Below, piece after piece: positions 49,484 to 59,772 of a stretch of 64,000 bases of DNA. Each line of letters opens with the position of its first letter. Within the stretch, counting starts at the first letter, position 1. The stretch is from the NCBI GenBank assembly GCA_963702205.1, contig OY969724.1, positions 2,048,001 to 2,112,000 on the forward strand, given 5' to 3'. The stretch comes from an uncultured candidate division Zixibacteria bacterium. GTDB lineage: Bacteria > Zixibacteria > MSB-5A5 > GN15 > PGXB01. The position numbers were made by a program, and so were the translations under genes. Below the pieces are notes generated by a model, which saw nothing but the letters and a program-made list of their open reading frames with translations, was not told the DNA's origin and did not search any database.

Positions 49484-49873
49484 ATGAGTAATTACGTATG
49501 GTTCATTCGCTTCCACTTACCGGCGCTATTGTATGCCGCCTTGATAATTACGGTATCATCCATGCCGAATCTTCACACTTCCACTCCCGATTTCCCCTGG
49601 CTGGATAAGGTCGCCCACTTCACGGAATATGCGCTTTTTTCGATCCTGGTTTTCAGGTCCTTTGCGAATATGTCGTCAAGGATGCATATCAACTATACCT
49701 TTCTTCTAAGCCTGCTGTTTATTATCTTTTTTGCGATACTCGATGAGTTTTACCAGCGGTACATACCGGGCCGCAGTTCCGACGTCGCCGACATTCTGTT
49801 CGACCTGCTTGGCTCGGCGCTCATATTATTCCTTCTCTGGCGAACTGCGAAAAATCGAATCGTCAATTCATGA
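49484..49873 (+). CDS. VanZ family membrane protein
   Basis: DKVAHFTEYA, DEFYQRYIPGRS..D..D. Confidence 0.88.
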   Translation: MSNYVWFIRFHLPALLYAALIITVSSMPNLHTSTPDFPWLDKVAHFTEYALFSILVFRSFANMSSRMHINYTFLLSLLFIIFFAILDEFYQRYIPGRSSDVADILFDLLGSALILFLLWRTAKNRIVNS

Positions 49874-49927
49874 CAATCTTTGCCGCTAATATGCAACTAA
49901 TTGCGTATCCTGTTGTCGCTATTTAAC

Positions 49928-49955
49928 TTGACAATTCCGCCCTTATGATTATACT
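49928..49955 (+). promoter_or_regulatory. Putative sigma70 promoter about 260 nt upstream of the giant protein
   Basis: TTGACA-16 nt-TATACT. Confidence 0.5.
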
Positions 49956-50214
49956 ATTGTGGCTGACCTATAATAAGTTAGGTTGACATGGGAGGGGTGG
50001 AAAAGAGTCTTCGGTACTTGCTTTGCTGCCATAAAATATGAGTAATAGCGAGGTTATAGTTTCAATTGGTGCAAGGGGTAAGCTTTGTATTTTACTCATA
50101 GGCGACTAATTAAATCATAACATTGATTCGTTATCTAAATGACTTATCCTTTTGCCGCCAGATAAGGGATAGATGGAATATCGTCATTATTTACAATACT
50201 TTAAGGAGCGTATT

Positions 50215-53200
50215 ATGCGAGGTACGATTCTGACATTTGCGTTGGCGCTGATTTTGATTTTTGCAACCGGTGCCAATGCCGCCAACATTTTTATCGACGC
50301 CGAAGTAACGTCGCAGGGAGCCGATCCCAACGTCGTTGAAATGGGCGACAACTTCACCCTTGATATTTATATGCAAAATTCAAGCGGCACTAATTGTCTC
50401 GGATACAGCGCCACCTGGACAATTTACAGCCCGACCGGAAACAATGTGACCTATACCAATCTTGGCGGCGCAACGTATGGTTTGCCGAGCATGATAATGG
50501 CCTACAACGGCTGGCTGCCGACGTTCACACCGGGGGCATTTTACTGGACCACACTAAACTCTTATAATATGTTCAATATGGATGGGGCTTTACCGGATAC
50601 ATTCAATCATACGACGGCCGGTATTCCGCCGACTGCCTCCTGGCCGGCGTCTGACGATACTCGTAAGCTTCGTTTTCAACTCGGTATGAACAGCGCCAAC
50701 GCCGGTACTATTTGTATCGACTCCATAAATTATGCCCCGAATGATACGTACGATTGGCTGTGGCTTACTCCTTCCGTTCCGGAATGGGGTGGCAGTCCTT
50801 TTTGTTTCAACGTCATCGATCCCAATGCACCGCAGAATCATGCTCCGGTGCTGGGGGCAATCGGTGACAAAACCGTGGCCGAGGGTTCATCCCTGGTTAT
50901 CGATCTAACCGCCACGGATGAGGATGCCGCCGATACTCTCGGATTTTCTTTCTCGCCGAGCCTAGCCAACGCTGCATTGGTTAATAACACGAGCGGTGAC
51001 AAGACCGCGACATTCACGTTTAATCCTGACTATACTCAGGCAGGTACATATCCTGTCACGTTTACGGTTACGGACGGTACCGATACCGACACCGAGACCA
51101 TAAATATCATCGTTACGCCTTCGAATCGTCCTCCCGTATTAGATGCGATCGGTGATAAATCCGTCGATGAAAACAGCTCCCTCGTAATCAATCTTTCCGC
51201 GACCGATCCCGACGGCAATTCGATGAGTTTCGGCGTGGATCCCCTCATTACGAATGCGACTTTGGTCGATCATGGCAACGGGACAGCGACGTACACATTC
51301 AATCCCGATTTTTCTCAGTCCGGTGACTACCCGGTTACTTTTTCGGTCACTGATGGCACCGATACGGACGAAGAGACAATCACGATTACGGTCAATAATG
51401 TCAATCAGACGCCGATTCTGGCCAATATCGGGGATAAAGTCGTGGCCGAAGGCGCTTCATTGCAGATCGACTTGTCCGCCACTGACGGCGACAATGACGC
51501 CCTGTCGTTTGATGTAACGCCTGACATCGCCCACGCTTCGCTTTTGGATAACGGTGACGGAACCGCTACTTATACATTTGATCCCGACTATACTCAGGCC
51601 GGCGATCACGTGGTTGAGTTTTCGGTTACCGACGGCATTGATACCGATGCCGAGACGATTACCATTACGGTCACCAATACCAATCGTGCTCCGGAACTGG
51701 CCGCAATTGGCAATATGACCGTACCCGAAGGCGTGACTCTCCAGTTCGACATCTTCGCAACCGATGCGGATGGTGACCCGCTTACTTTTTCAGTAGATCC
51801 GGCGGTACCTAATGCGGAACTCATGAATAATATGGACGGTACTGCAACCTATACATTCAACCCCGATTATTCCCAGGCCGGTGATATACCGGTGACGTTT
51901 TCGGTTACCGACGGCACCGATAGCGACAACGAATTGATTACGATTACGGTTACCGATGTCAACCAGCCGCCGGTATTGTCTCCGATTGGACCTCTGGGAG
52001 TCGAAGTGGGCAATACGCTGTCTTTCGTTATAAGTGCCCATGATGACGATGGCACGACCCCGACGCTTCACGCGGACTTCCTGCCGGCCAATGCCAGCCT
52101 GGACGACAATCTTGATGGTACCGCATTTTTCACTTTTATACCGGATGCCTCGCAAGTCGGTGAACACGAAGTCCTGTTTTACGCTTCGGACGGTGTTCTG
52201 GCCGATTCCGAGTACGTCATTATTAATGTGACAATGGGAAATGTCGCGCCGGTTCTTGCCCCCATAGGAGATCAGACGATTGCTGAAGGCGAGAATTTGA
52301 CAATCGAATTAAGCGCCTCCGACGGCAATGGTGATGACCTGACCTTTTCGGTCGACCCCGTTCTCCTTAACTCGAACCTGGTCGATCATGGCGATGGAAC
52401 CGCGACTTATACTTTTGATCCGAATTATTCGCAGTCCGGTGTTTATCCCGTGAAATTCACAGTGTCCGACGGTGTCCTCAGCGACGATGAAACCATAGAT
52501 ATAACCGTGACGGACGTCAATCGTGCCCCGGTGGCAGTCGATCCGGGCGCGAAGTCGGTGGACGAAGGCAGCTCTCTGAATTTCACGTTCGAGGCCACCG
52601 ATCCCGATGGTGACCCGCTGACTCTGAGCGTCGAGGGGAATCCGGCCAATTCGAGCTTCCTGGATAACGGCGATGGCACCGGTGATTTCGCGTTCAATCC
52701 GGACTTTACCCAGGCAAACGTTTATATGGTCGGGTTTATAGCGACCGACGGTTCGCTGGCCGATACGGTGAGCGTGGAAATCACCGTCAACGACGTACCC
52801 CAGCCTCCGGTTCTGGCGGCTATCGGCGACAAAACTGTCTACGAAGGTGAAACATTGACGTTTATTGTTTCGGCTACCGACTCTGACGGTGATATACTGT
52901 CGTTCTCGGTCGATCCGGAACTGACCAACTCAACGTTCACTAACAATCACGATAATACCTATACATATATATTTTCACCCGATATGGACCAGCAGGGTGA
53001 CTATGACGTAACCTTTACCGTATCGGATGGCACATTCACCGATGACGAGACAATTACTATCTCGGTAATAGACGTCGTGCCGGTAACAATCGTAACCGAT
53101 CCGACTGAATTCAATGTGACTCTTACTGAAGGTCAGTCGGCCAATTTCGATCTGGACGTAGCCGAAGGTATCGATCGCAACGTCGATTTCACGATTTCCG

Positions 53201-55602
53201 ACGACGCCTCCTGGCTGAATATTGTTCCCTCGGCGGCCGAATATTACACGACGCCGATGAGCTTCAGTCTAAATATCAATACGACCAACGTCGATCCCGG
53301 TGATTACACCGGGCACATCACTATTTCGGAATACATGATTCCGGGCAAGCAATTCAGCGACGTAATCGTGCCCGTGAATCTGACGGTCAACGCGCTGAGC
53401 ACGATGCCCGATTCGATCTGGATGTCATCGGTGCCGGGTATTCCCGGAAACGAAGCGGTCGTGCCGGTGTATTTCAAGACCGAATCAATGCTTTCGGCCA
53501 TAAACCTGCCGATTACCTGGAATTCCAACAACGTCGTTTTGGATGCGGTGACCTTCGACGGTACGGTTATGAATGATTATGACACTAAGTCGGTCACGAT
53601 AAATAATACTACTCGCCGGGCCATGATTACGATCGCGCCGATATTCAACGGTCCGATTATGCCCGACCGGGGCATGATGGCCAAGCTGCATTTCACGGTC
53701 CTCGAAACCGCGATCCCGGGATTTGTCGATATCGATTCGACGACGATTGTTCCCGGCGGTGGGCTGGCCTTTGTCGACGAATATTACAATATGATTACTC
53801 CGTCTTTTACAATGGGAACGATCATTATCGGATCCGGCGATGCCTTTGTTTGCGGCCGAGTCATTGATATTTACGGCCATGAAATCGAAGGCGCCACGGT
53901 TGAACTCTGGAACAGTTTCCCGTCGGGTGCGCTGATTTCATCCCATATGACCGATGTCAACGGCCAGTTTGCGTGCGAAAGTGAATCTATTTTCCCGTTC
54001 GACGCATATGCCTATAAAGAAGGCTATTATCCCGGAACGCTGGAAGAGATCCAGGTCAGCGACATCGGCTTCGATATTGTCCTGACGCCGGTCGATATGC
54101 CGGTAGGATCGCCGTACTGGGTTACTTTCTATTGCGATAATAACACTTACTATAATGTCCCGCTGCCGGTTGGATCAGTAGTCGATGCCTATGATCCCCA
54201 GGGCGTCCATTGCGGGTCGGTTTTTGTCACCGAGCCGGGCAAATTCACCCTGGCCGTATTCGGCGACGAAATAAACACAATTGAAGACGAAGGCGCCGAA
54301 CCGGGCGATGAAATTGACCTGTTCATCAACGGCCTCCCGGCCAAGAGCATGGGCGATAACGTCTGGACGGCCAACGGCGACCGCGCCGAGGTTTGCTTGG
54401 ACCTGCAATCCACCGAGGATCGGTCCATCACGCTTCGTTCCGGCTGGAACCTGATTTCGTGGAATGTCGATACGCCGATTGACGATATCGACCAGGTCCT
54501 GGCGCCGATTTATGATTGCATTGATGTCGTTCTCGGCTTCGACCAGGGCGGCTTCACTTTCGATCCGGCCCTGCTCGACTTCTCGACCCTCTGGGATGTC
54601 GATCATATGCACGGCTACTGGGTCAGGATAAAAGACGATTGCGGTCCGACCGTCGATCTGCCGATTACGGGCGTGCCGGTCTCCGCGACGACTCCGATTA
54701 TGCTGAATAAGGGCTGGAACCTGGTATCGTACCTCCCTCAGGTTGAGGATACCGTTACCAGTGCCCTCGGTTCGGTCAATGACAATTTGATTCTGGCCCT
54801 CGGTTACGACGGTGTCCCGCTGACCTACGATCCGAGCCTGGCTGATTATTACTGGACGCTCCAGCACATGGGTCCGGGGTATGGCTACTGGCTGAAGACG
54901 ATGGCTGCGGATGTCCTGATTTATCCGGGAACCGGTCCGACCGTATTTGCCCGTCAGCCGTATGCGGTCACCAAGGCGGCTACGATTGACGGCATGTCGA
55001 CCAGCCGCGTGTGGATGAATCTGTATGCTCATCAGTTGGTCCTTGACAATGATATAGTCGTCAACGGCGCCGAAGTGCTGGCCAGGACAACCGACGACCG
55101 TGTTGTCGGTCGCGCTATGGTTCACGACAACGGCAAGTTTGGCTTTATGGCCGTCTACGGCGATGATCCGTACACATCGGAAAAAGAAGGTCTTGCCCCG
55201 GGTGAGAAATTCTATCTGGTGGTCGACGGCGTTCGTGCCTCCGAGACGTTCACCTGGTCGGAACCGGGTGCCAAGGAAGAAATTCAGGCGCTGAGTTCGG
55301 CCAACGGTGAGCCGGTCATTCCAGCGGCATATTCACTGTCACAGAACTACCCCAACCCGTTCAACCCGTCGACCCAGATCAGTTTCTCGGTCCCGGCGCC
55401 CACGCACGTGACGGTTGAGGTTTATAATATCCTTGGCAAGAAAGTCGCGACGGTCTTTGACGACATGGCCGCGGCCGGTGAAAACACCGTAACCTGGAAT
55501 GGCAGCGATCAAAACGGCAATAACGTGGCCTCGGGTGTCTACTTCTACCGGATGCAGGCCGACAATTTCGTCGAATCACGCAAGATGGTTTTGATGAAGT
55601 AA
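50215..55602 (+). CDS. Giant secreted protein: 8 Ig/cadherin-like repeats, BACON-like, cohesin-like and carboxypeptidase-regulatory-like domains, T9SS-type/FlgD C-terminal domain
   Basis: Signal peptide; N..P....IG repeats at 50836, 51124 and then every 279 nt to 52798; SQNYPNPFNP...SGVYFYRM...KMVLMK. Confidence 0.88.
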   Translation: MRGTILTFALALILIFATGANAANIFIDAEVTSQGADPNVVEMGDNFTLDIYMQNSSGTNCLGYSATWTIYSPTGNNVTYTNLGGATYGLPSMIMAYNGWLPTFTPGAFYWTTLNSYNMFNMDGALPDTFNHTTAGIPPTASWPASDDTRKLRFQLGMNSANAGTICIDSINYAPNDTYDWLWLTPSVPEWGGSPFCFNVIDPNAPQNHAPVLGAIGDKTVAEGSSLVIDLTATDEDAADTLGFSFSPSLANAALVNNTSGDKTATFTFNPDYTQAGTYPVTFTVTDGTDTDTETINIIVTPSNRPPVLDAIGDKSVDENSSLVINLSATDPDGNSMSFGVDPLITNATLVDHGNGTATYTFNPDFSQSGDYPVTFSVTDGTDTDEETITITVNNVNQTPILANIGDKVVAEGASLQIDLSATDGDNDALSFDVTPDIAHASLLDNGDGTATYTFDPDYTQAGDHVVEFSVTDGIDTDAETITITVTNTNRAPELAAIGNMTVPEGVTLQFDIFATDADGDPLTFSVDPAVPNAELMNNMDGTATYTFNPDYSQAGDIPVTFSVTDGTDSDNELITITVTDVNQPPVLSPIGPLGVEVGNTLSFVISAHDDDGTTPTLHADFLPANASLDDNLDGTAFFTFIPDASQVGEHEVLFYASDGVLADSEYVIINVTMGNVAPVLAPIGDQTIAEGENLTIELSASDGNGDDLTFSVDPVLLNSNLVDHGDGTATYTFDPNYSQSGVYPVKFTVSDGVLSDDETIDITVTDVNRAPVAVDPGAKSVDEGSSLNFTFEATDPDGDPLTLSVEGNPANSSFLDNGDGTGDFAFNPDFTQANVYMVGFIATDGSLADTVSVEITVNDVPQPPVLAAIGDKTVYEGETLTFIVSATDSDGDILSFSVDPELTNSTFTNNHDNTYTYIFSPDMDQQGDYDVTFTVSDGTFTDDETITISVIDVVPVTIVTDPTEFNVTLTEGQSANFDLDVAEGIDRNVDFTISDDASWLNIVPSAAEYYTTPMSFSLNINTTNVDPGDYTGHITISEYMIPGKQFSDVIVPVNLTVNALSTMPDSIWMSSVPGIPGNEAVVPVYFKTESMLSAINLPITWNSNNVVLDAVTFDGTVMNDYDTKSVTINNTTRRAMITIAPIFNGPIMPDRGMMAKLHFTVLETAIPGFVDIDSTTIVPGGGLAFVDEYYNMITPSFTMGTIIIGSGDAFVCGRVIDIYGHEIEGATVELWNSFPSGALISSHMTDVNGQFACESESIFPFDAYAYKEGYYPGTLEEIQVSDIGFDIVLTPVDMPVGSPYWVTFYCDNNTYYNVPLPVGSVVDAYDPQGVHCGSVFVTEPGKFTLAVFGDEINTIEDEGAEPGDEIDLFINGLPAKSMGDNVWTANGDRAEVCLDLQSTEDRSITLRSGWNLISWNVDTPIDDIDQVLAPIYDCIDVVLGFDQGGFTFDPALLDFSTLWDVDHMHGYWVRIKDDCGPTVDLPITGVPVSATTPIMLNKGWNLVSYLPQVEDTVTSALGSVNDNLILALGYDGVPLTYDPSLADYYWTLQHMGPGYGYWLKTMAADVLIYPGTGPTVFARQPYAVTKAATIDGMSTSRVWMNLYAHQLVLDNDIVVNGAEVLARTTDDRVVGRAMVHDNGKFGFMAVYGDDPYTSEKEGLAPGEKFYLVVDGVRASETFTWSEPGAKEEIQALSSANGEPVIPAAYSLSQNYPNPFNPSTQISFSVPAPTHVTVEVYNILGKKVATVFDDMAAAGENTVTWNGSDQNGNNVASGVYFYRMQADNFVESRKMVLMK

Positions 55603-55666
55603 ATTGGAAACCGAATTCTTAAGCCGGTCGCCCGTAATACGGCGACCGGTTAAGGAAGGTGATATT

Positions 55667-56686
55667 GTGATATCGAAAATATCCAAAATATTGATTATGA
55701 CGGCGTTGGCGGCGATTACGGCTTCACTGGCGATAGCGGGGGGAAATTCGTTCCCCGTATGGTCCGATTTTTACGGCGATGCTTCATTATACAACGGCCT
55801 GCCATTGCCGGTCGGTTCGATTGTTGAAGCCTATGACTCGCAGGGCACTTTGTGCGGGACCTTCGTGGTTAAGGTCGAAGGAAAGTACGGCCTGCTGGGT
55901 GCGTTTGGTGATGACGCCGATACCCCGGAAGATGAGGGTGCCGTTGCCGGAGAGACCATTTCGTTCAAAATCAATGGCCGGGATGCGACGACGTTTGGTC
56001 CCGATGATCCGACCTGGCAGGGGATGGGCTCCATCAAGAATGTCAATCTTTCGGCCAATGCGCTTGTCGGAATAGAAGAAGTCGAATTTCCCACGGATCA
56101 ATATTCCGGTCCCGGAGAAACTGTGCACTATTCGGTTGTCTTCCGCAATACCGGCGAGGGAACCGATTTCTATACGATCGAAGGCACGTCGTCCAACGGC
56201 TGGATAGTGAATCCACAAGCCGATCTGGTGTACGTCGGGTCGATGGAAGTCGGCAGTATTGGTATCGACGTCGTCGTGCCGCCGCTGGCTCCGAATAACA
56301 TAACCGACGTGCTCGATTTCACGGTACGCTCCGGTGTCGATCCGTCCGTAACCCTGTCGGGAAGTGTCAATACTTTTGTAATTACGTCGGCGGTTCCGGG
56401 TGACGACGATCCCCTGATTCCGCAAACGTTTTCGCTGCACCAGAATTATCCGAATCCCTTTAATCCGATGACGACGATTTCGTTCGAGCTCCCGAAACGA
56501 TCCGAAACGACCCTTGAAGTTTTCAATCTGCTCGGGCAATCGGTAGACAAATTCGACCTGGGCGTTTTGAACGCCGGACCGAATTCGTTCACCTATAATG
56601 CTGGAAATATGCCGAGTGGGGTGTATTTTTACAGCGTTAAAGCCGGTGATAACAAGGCGACTATGAAGATGGTATTGTTAAAATAA
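55667..56686 (+). CDS. Secreted protein with a T9SS-type C-terminal domain
   Basis: GTG start after AAGGAAGG, signal peptide, QNYPNPFNP...SGVYFY...KMVLLK. Confidence 0.85.
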   Translation: MISKISKILIMTALAAITASLAIAGGNSFPVWSDFYGDASLYNGLPLPVGSIVEAYDSQGTLCGTFVVKVEGKYGLLGAFGDDADTPEDEGAVAGETISFKINGRDATTFGPDDPTWQGMGSIKNVNLSANALVGIEEVEFPTDQYSGPGETVHYSVVFRNTGEGTDFYTIEGTSSNGWIVNPQADLVYVGSMEVGSIGIDVVVPPLAPNNITDVLDFTVRSGVDPSVTLSGSVNTFVITSAVPGDDDPLIPQTFSLHQNYPNPFNPMTTISFELPKRSETTLEVFNLLGQSVDKFDLGVLNAGPNSFTYNAGNMPSGVYFYSVKAGDNKATMKMVLLK

Positions 56687-56709
56687 CCCCGATACGCTCT
56701 TATTGTTGG

Positions 56710-56741
56710 GCCCCTCGCGAGTGCGGGGGGCTTTTTTCTTT
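56710..56741 (+). terminator. Rho-independent terminator
   Basis: GCCCCTCGC GAGT GCGGGGGGC TTTTTT. Confidence 0.75.
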
Positions 56742-56815
56742 AAAGTTTTTATTTGCAATATATTAAGAAGTTTTTTTATAATTTTTAAATATCGGATTTT
56801 TGCTTTGAGGTTGAC

Positions 56816-57817
56816 TTGAGTTTACAGATTACCGCCGCCGGAAATACCAACGTCGGTTTGGTCAGAAGTCAAAACGAGGATTTTCTTTTTCTCGACGCTG
56901 ATAATGATCTGTATGTCGTTTGCGACGGCATGGGCGGCCACCAGGCCGGTGAAGTGGCTTCCAGTGAAGCGTGTAACATAATTCATTATTGCTTTACCGA
57001 CTTGCCGTCGACGCTGGCCGAGGACAGCGTGCTGGCTCTTCCGGCCGATCTTCCTGCGCGGGGAAGTCTTCTGGTGCAGTCAATTCGCCTGGCCAACCGG
57101 AGTGTCTACCGCCATTCCCGTTCTCACAGCGATCTTTCCGGTATGGGGACGACCGTGGTCGGGATGGCCTTTCAGGATTACCGGGTTTGTATAGCACATG
57201 TCGGAGACAGCCGCGCCTACAGGCTTACCGAAACTTCGCTGATTCCTCTGACGACCGATCATTCCTGGGTCTCCGAACTGCAGAAAAACGGCCAGGTGAG
57301 CGAAAAAGAGGCATCACAAATAGTCAACCGTAATGTTATCACCCGCGCGCTGGGAATTAGTGAAAGAGTCGACATTGATTTTCGCGCCAGCAAAATCAGC
57401 AAGGGCGATGTATACATATTATGCACCGACGGTTTGTGCGGTTTCGTGGACGATGAAGACATATTTTCGGTGGCATCGGCGTGCGGCAAGGATGTCAATA
57501 AAATCACCAGTCAACTGGTTCAACTGGCCAATGAACGGGGGGGACAGGATAACGTCACGGTTCTGGCGGCCCGGGTCGATGCGGTCGACATAATTGAAAA
57601 TCCCGAGGAAATCACGCCCGTGACCATATCCGGCGAAAGCGAAGAAGCCCTGTTTCGCGAGAATGAATTATTGGATTCCTTCAAGAAGCCAGCGGAACCC
57701 GGCGAATATATTCCTCCGTCGATGCCGGCGAGGCGGCATGGCATATCGCTCTGGATAGTCTTTTTGATATTTATCGCTCTGGCCGTTCTGTTCGTTTATC
57801 TGATAAATAATAAATAA
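56816..57817 (+). CDS. PP2C-type Ser/Thr phosphatase (Stp1/PrpC-like) with a C-terminal TM
   Basis: G.VR..NED, CDGMGGH, GMGTT, HVGDSRAY, CTDGL, GG.DNVT. Confidence 0.93.
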   Translation: MSLQITAAGNTNVGLVRSQNEDFLFLDADNDLYVVCDGMGGHQAGEVASSEACNIIHYCFTDLPSTLAEDSVLALPADLPARGSLLVQSIRLANRSVYRHSRSHSDLSGMGTTVVGMAFQDYRVCIAHVGDSRAYRLTETSLIPLTTDHSWVSELQKNGQVSEKEASQIVNRNVITRALGISERVDIDFRASKISKGDVYILCTDGLCGFVDDEDIFSVASACGKDVNKITSQLVQLANERGGQDNVTVLAARVDAVDIIENPEEITPVTISGESEEALFRENELLDSFKKPAEPGEYIPPSMPARRHGISLWIVFLIFIALAVLFVYLINNK

Positions 57818-57900
57818 TTTCGTACGCAAATTATATTTCGGTTTTATTTTGATTGACAATTTAGTGAATTTGTCCATATTAATAGGCCGTTGCAACGAAT

Positions 57901-57974
57901 GCGCCCATAGCTCAATTGGATAGAGCGTCTGGCTACGGACCAGAAGGTTGGGGGTTCGATTCCTCCTGGGCGTG
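57901..57974 (+). tRNA. tRNA-Arg (ACG)
   Basis: GCGCCCA/TGGGCGT acceptor, TCTGG-CTACGGA-CCAGA arm, GTTCGATT. Confidence 0.95.
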
Positions 57975-58014
57975 TTTTTTTTTGCCCATATTCCCGATTT
58001 AAAAAATCCTTGTC

Positions 58015-59745
58015 ATGGAATTAAAAGATAGGTTATCATTTGGAAAAGGCAATCTTATGGGGATTTTTATTATGGGCAAAATTCCGGCTTCGGGACAAAG
58101 TCAGGCTTCTGCATTTTTATTCGGTATTTTATTCGTGCTGGTCGTTGCTATAGCCAGCCAATTTCTTTTCTCGTGGATAGGGTTTAATCCTACCGATGAT
58201 GGATTCATTTTGGCTTATTCGGTTCGTCTGATCGATGGCCAGGTTCCGCACCGGGATTTCATATCATTGAGACCGGTTGGTTCGGCGATTCTGCATGTGC
58301 CCGAAGTCTTGATCGGCGGCGAACATACAAGGCTTCTGGCCAGATTTGTCGTCTGCCTCGAACTGGCCGTTGCCGCCTGGTGCTGGGTCTTGATTTCGAT
58401 GCAATTCTTTAAGAGAAAATGGCCGATCTGGGTGTTGCCCGCGCTGGGTTTGATAATCTTCTGTATCTCAAGCTTTTATTCACTATTGAAAGGTCCCTGG
58501 CATACAATGGATGGCTATTTTCTGGTATCGGTCGGATTATATCTTTGCCTGCGGCGGCCTGCAGCAGCGAAGTTTTTCGGCTACTTGCTGCTGGGATTGG
58601 CCTATACGTGCAAACAAAGTTTCCTGCTTGCCGGACCTTTGTCACTGGTTGTTCTGGGTGATTGGAAGAAGATTCGTTACTGGATTGTGTTCGCATTCCC
58701 GGGAATTGTGTATCTGTTTTGGATGGCTTTGGCCGGGGCCCTCGATGACATGATAATACAGTTTACGGGCCAGACCGGTATCCTGCGAATCGGTGTCCTG
58801 AGTTATCTGGGCAATTTGTATGTTTGGAGCGGAATATTGATTGGATCAATCCTGTCAGTGTTGTTTTTATCCGATGCTAAAATGCCCGAAGTTCTCTCCG
58901 GCCGGAATCGGCGCGCGTTTGTATCCATAGGTATTATCGTCGCTGTCTTTTTATTTTCGGTTTATCTTAAGGGCAAATTCTCGATACATGATATATCATT
59001 TTGTCTTTTCGGATGTCTTTTGGCGGTCATGGTGTTTCAAATAATATACGGCGGGGCCAGGTTGACATTGTGGCGACTGTCGGCGCTGGGGCTTATTCTC
59101 GCCTGGAGTGTGTCTATTTCGTTGGGTGGCAATTTCCCGGGGCGCGGTACCGGTCCTCTGTTTTTAGTATTGTTGCTTGTCTTTATCGACGCCTTCTTTG
59201 TGAGCGAAAAGCCGGTCACAAAATACAAGTGGATGCCGTCGGCGATAATATTCGTAACGGCGTTGATGATTGCGGGGGTTTTTTATTATGCCCGGAGACA
59301 TCTGGCGTATCGCGACATGCCGGCTTCGGCCTTGAAGTCCGACCTGGGGGACGTTTTGTGCGGCGGGAGGGGCATTAAAACCAACCAAAGAACATATGCC
59401 TTCCTGGCCGATCTCAATAAAGCCGTCGAACTAACCGACGACGAACAATATTGCATCATTCCCGATCTGGCGGGTTACTGGGTCTGTTCGCCGCAGCCCA
59501 ACCCGTTACCGATTGACTGGGTTCAGGGGACAGAACTGTGTAAGCCGGATCTTACCAGACGAGTCACCGATTATATTCTATCTCATAAGGGGAAAGAATG
59601 CGTCATTGTCCAAAAGGTGAGAGCCGACAGGCTCAAATTTGGCTTTGAGGAATTACCGATAAACGATCACTATGAAGTCGTTAGGTTCGTCAAACAGCAT
59701 TTGTCGTTGAAAGACACCACGGCATATTTTGAAATATATAATTAA
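58015..59745 (+). CDS. Polytopic membrane protein, probable GT-C glycosyltransferase (start could be 58057 or 58072)
   Basis: NPTDDGF...GQVPHRDF first loop, CKQS, about 12 TM segments. Confidence 0.6.
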   Translation: MELKDRLSFGKGNLMGIFIMGKIPASGQSQASAFLFGILFVLVVAIASQFLFSWIGFNPTDDGFILAYSVRLIDGQVPHRDFISLRPVGSAILHVPEVLIGGEHTRLLARFVVCLELAVAAWCWVLISMQFFKRKWPIWVLPALGLIIFCISSFYSLLKGPWHTMDGYFLVSVGLYLCLRRPAAAKFFGYLLLGLAYTCKQSFLLAGPLSLVVLGDWKKIRYWIVFAFPGIVYLFWMALAGALDDMIIQFTGQTGILRIGVLSYLGNLYVWSGILIGSILSVLFLSDAKMPEVLSGRNRRAFVSIGIIVAVFLFSVYLKGKFSIHDISFCLFGCLLAVMVFQIIYGGARLTLWRLSALGLILAWSVSISLGGNFPGRGTGPLFLVLLLVFIDAFFVSEKPVTKYKWMPSAIIFVTALMIAGVFYYARRHLAYRDMPASALKSDLGDVLCGGRGIKTNQRTYAFLADLNKAVELTDDEQYCIIPDLAGYWVCSPQPNPLPIDWVQGTELCKPDLTRRVTDYILSHKGKECVIVQKVRADRLKFGFEELPINDHYEVVRFVKQHLSLKDTTAYFEIYN

Positions 59746-59772
59746 CGGCTGTCCGTAATTGTTGAAAAGATA

